This document shows positions 34,609 through 37,057 of a stretch of 37,057 nt of DNA, one piece after another. Made by a program: the position numbers and the translations under genes. Source of the DNA: Candidatus Hadarchaeales archaeon (GTDB taxonomy: Archaea > Hadarchaeota > Hadarchaeia > Hadarchaeales > Hadarchaeaceae); assembly GCA_038872135.1 (NCBI GenBank), contig JAVZGN010000009.1:1-37057 (forward strand). Reading direction: 5' to 3'. The first letter of the stretch is position 1. Every line of letters starts with the position of its first letter. The notes below the pieces were generated by a model, which searched no databases, had not been told where the DNA came from, and saw only the letters and a program-made list of their open reading frames with translations.

Positions 34609-36114
34609 TTAGGCTGTTCCTTCTAAAACCATTTTTACTCTTTTGAACAATGAGCTGGGGTTTTTTATTATCTCTTGAACCGAGTGGGTTTTCAGCAGTA
34701 CACCGGGATGATGAATTAACAACTCCAGCGACGTCAACAGAACTGCTTTTTTCTTCCACTTTATCAAATCCTCCGGCGAGTAATCCTCAGTTTTTAAAAG
34801 GGGAATGGAATACCCCAGCATCAGATCCAACGGCGTAATATTCTTCTTTACTAAATAACCCATTTTCTTTGCATAATCGTACATATCCGTCGCCGGCAGT
34901 GGTGTGGCAATGCCAAACAATGGAACCATCCCCATCCTAGCAAGCTTCCTAGCAAAGTTTATCGTGTCATTTACGATCTTTTCATTTTCGCCTGGGATGC
35001 CGATTATGAAGAAACCCTTCAATTGAATTCCCTCTTTTGTTATCATTTTAACTGCTTCTTCAACTTTCTTTAAATCGAGGTTTTTTCTTATCACCCTATT
35101 CAGAAATTCTTGATTCCCATTTTCTATCCCAATCACCAGATTTGTACAACCCGATTGTTTCATTTTTTTGAGCAAATTTTCATTCAATCTGTCTGCCCTT
35201 ATCCCATTTGGAGTTTCCCAGGTGATTTTGATTCCTCTCCTGATTATTTCTTCAAAAATATTCTCCGCTCTTTTGATATCTATAATCATGTTATCGTCTT
35301 CGAAGAAAATGTGCTCAATCCCATACTTGTTGACCAAAAATTCTATCTCATCTACAACATTTTTTGGGGACCTCGCTCTCCAAACCCGCCCGGATACTGC
35401 GCCTACCGAACAAAAGAAACAATTGTACGGGCACCCCCTGCTCGTTATAATAGAAACCCATTTCTTTACCGTGAAACCCCTTGATGTCAGCCCTTTCTCG
35501 CCAGCCTCAAAATAACGCTCCATAGGTAGCAAATGATACGCGGGGAACGGCAAAGAGTCTAAATCCTTGATGAATTCCCTAGGTTCATTTTCAACTATCT
35601 CGCCATTCTCCTTAAACAACAGGCCTTTAACCTCTCTCAGTTGAATTTTTCCCCGAATACTATTGGCTAATTCATAAGTGGTGATCTCACCTTCACCCCT
35701 AACCACATAATCAATACTTTCACTTTTTATACACTCGTGTGGCACAGAGGAAGGGTGGGCCCCTCCAACAACAACTGGCAAATCCCTGTCTATTTCTTTG
35801 ACCAACTCCGCTGTCCTATACATGTTGTCCGCCTGTGTTGTAAAAAGACATGTTATTCCAACCAAATCTGGCTTGTACATTTTTATTTCGGATTTAATTT
35901 TTTCTTCACTCAAACCAACTCTTACCGTTCCATCTTCTCTATAATCAAAGTTATTCCAACCGCTTGCCAAAGCATCAATTATCTTTACATCAATTCCATT
36001 TTTTTCAAGATATGCCGCTATGTATGCTATCCCGATAGGATACGGGACTCTTATTCTATCCTCATAACCTTTAAGCGTTGACCAAGGAGGATTAATCAAA
36101 CAAACCTTCATCAA
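34609..36114 (-). CDS. Cobalamin-binding radical SAM protein
   Basis: P.GIAYIAAYL, GGAHPS, GEGE, TSRGCPYNCFFC (CxxxCxxC), FEDDN, GIENG and FIIGIPGE. Confidence 0.94.
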   Translation of the reverse strand: MMKVCLINPPWSTLKGYEDRIRVPYPIGIAYIAAYLEKNGIDVKIIDALASGWNNFDYREDGTVRVGLSEEKIKSEIKMYKPDLVGITCLFTTQADNMYRTAELVKEIDRDLPVVVGGAHPSSVPHECIKSESIDYVVRGEGEITTYELANSIRGKIQLREVKGLLFKENGEIVENEPREFIKDLDSLPFPAYHLLPMERYFEAGEKGLTSRGFTVKKWVSIITSRGCPYNCFFCSVGAVSGRVWRARSPKNVVDEIEFLVNKYGIEHIFFEDDNMIIDIKRAENIFEEIIRRGIKITWETPNGIRADRLNENLLKKMKQSGCTNLVIGIENGNQEFLNRVIRKNLDLKKVEEAVKMITKEGIQLKGFFIIGIPGENEKIVNDTINFARKLARMGMVPLFGIATPLPATDMYDYAKKMGYLVKKNITPLDLMLGYSIPLLKTEDYSPEDLIKWKKKAVLLTSLELLIHHPGVLLKTHSVQEIIKNPSSLFKRVKMVLEGTA

Positions 36115-36429
36115 AATATTATTTCATGAAATCTCATATAAACATGTTTCAACCTAGCGCACAAAAATCAGTTTAATTTGTTAATCGCAACTCCTTGAAT
36201 TTTCACACTATGCTCTTTGCATGGGACCTCAAAATCTTTATTGTTTACACATCATAACGCAGAGCTGTAGATCACACGGCAAACTCGCGCATAGATGGTC
36301 CCATTCTACATTGGAGTATACCATGAGCTATTCTAGCCCAAACTGTGTAGAATTCACTTTATCTCCTCCAATAGGAAAAGAGTTTATAAATCGGGGATAG
36401 TAAAATGAGGAGGTTGCCGAGGTATCTAC

Positions 36430-36975
36430 ATGTTTAAGCTCGTGACTGTTGAGGACACGGTGAGGGTTCCGCCGAACAGGTTTGGAGAGCCGCTCAAAGA
36501 TGTCATCATGGACATCCTCCGCAAAACCTACCAGGGCATCTCAGATAAAGATGGGATGGTTCTGGCCATAACAGAGATAAAGTCGATTGGCGTTGGAAGA
36601 GTGATAATGGGAGATGGGGCTAGCTATCACGACGTTATTTTCTCTGCCCTGATTCACCGGCCGGAGATGAACGAGGTTGTCGAAGGAGAAGTCGTGGAAA
36701 TCGTGGAATTCGGAGCGTTTGTGAGGCTTGGTCCAGTGGATGCCCTAGTTCATGTCTCTCAGGTGATGGACGACTTCGTTGGATATGATAAAAGCAAAAG
36801 AATCCTCTATGGAAAGGAATCCAAGCGCCAGTTGAAAGAGGGAGATAGGGTCAGGGCAAGGGTCCTCAGCTCAAGCGTGAAGAAGGGAAAAGGGGGAAAG
36901 ATAGGCCTCACCATGCGACAGCCGGGTCTCGGGAAGCTGGAATGGATCGAGGAAGCTAGGAAGGGAGAGAAATGA
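36430..36975 (+). CDS. rpoE1: DNA-directed RNA polymerase subunit E' (Rpo7)
   Basis: DTVRVPP..FG, GDGA.Y, EGEV....EFGAFV..GP.D.L.H.SQ and KIGLTMRQPGLGK.EW; SD GGAGG upstream. Confidence 0.97.
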   Translation: MFKLVTVEDTVRVPPNRFGEPLKDVIMDILRKTYQGISDKDGMVLAITEIKSIGVGRVIMGDGASYHDVIFSALIHRPEMNEVVEGEVVEIVEFGAFVRLGPVDALVHVSQVMDDFVGYDKSKRILYGKESKRQLKEGDRVRARVLSSSVKKGKGGKIGLTMRQPGLGKLEWIEEARKGEK

Positions 36976-37057
36976 TGAAAGAAAAAGCCTGCAAAAACTG
37001 CAACTTCATAACCACTGGAAATGTCTGCCCCGCCTGTGGTAGCTCTGCCCTCTCCAC
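36972..37057 (+). CDS. spt4: Transcription elongation factor Spt4 (RpoE''), 5' part
   Basis: MMKEKACKNCNFITTGNVCPACGSSALS; overlaps the rpoE1 stop, which is the conserved gene order. Confidence 0.92.
   Translation, partial: MMKEKACKNCNFITTGNVCPACGSSALS

Overview
Archaeal chromosomal segment of about 50% GC. The markers are archaeal-type ThrRS, TiaS, Trm1, rpl10e, rps8e, rpoE1-spt4, Smc-ScpA-ScpB and many leaderless TATA promoters. A Euryarchaeota-related lineage such as Hadarchaeota is my inference, not a database result. Most of the window is housekeeping: translation and tRNA modification, Trk K+ uptake, glycine cleavage P/H, class II HMG-CoA reductase, hisFH and tRNA-Cys. Four elements stand out. 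(1) An unassigned ~232-nt highly structured RNA gene with its own TATA box, a 10-bp terminal helix and a T-tract (11350-11581). (2) A ~730-aa Smc with no hinge or zinc hook that still sits in an intact smc-scpA-scpB operon. (3) A TasA/CalY-like fibre locus at the left end: a candidate fibre subunit fused in frame to a Zn ribbon with an internal SD/ATG, one active and one apparently dead SipW-like S26 peptidase, and a neighbouring TadC/FlaJ-like gene. (4) An array of six palindromic 20-bp repeats with 13-17 bp spacers (19752-19948) beside an HTH gene and near tRNA-Cys. Exported proteins also show a marked excess of [D/E]-N dipeptides. An IS110 remnant and a low-GC glycosyltransferase/B12 radical-SAM insert are present. 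All calls come from motif reading only; no searches were run.
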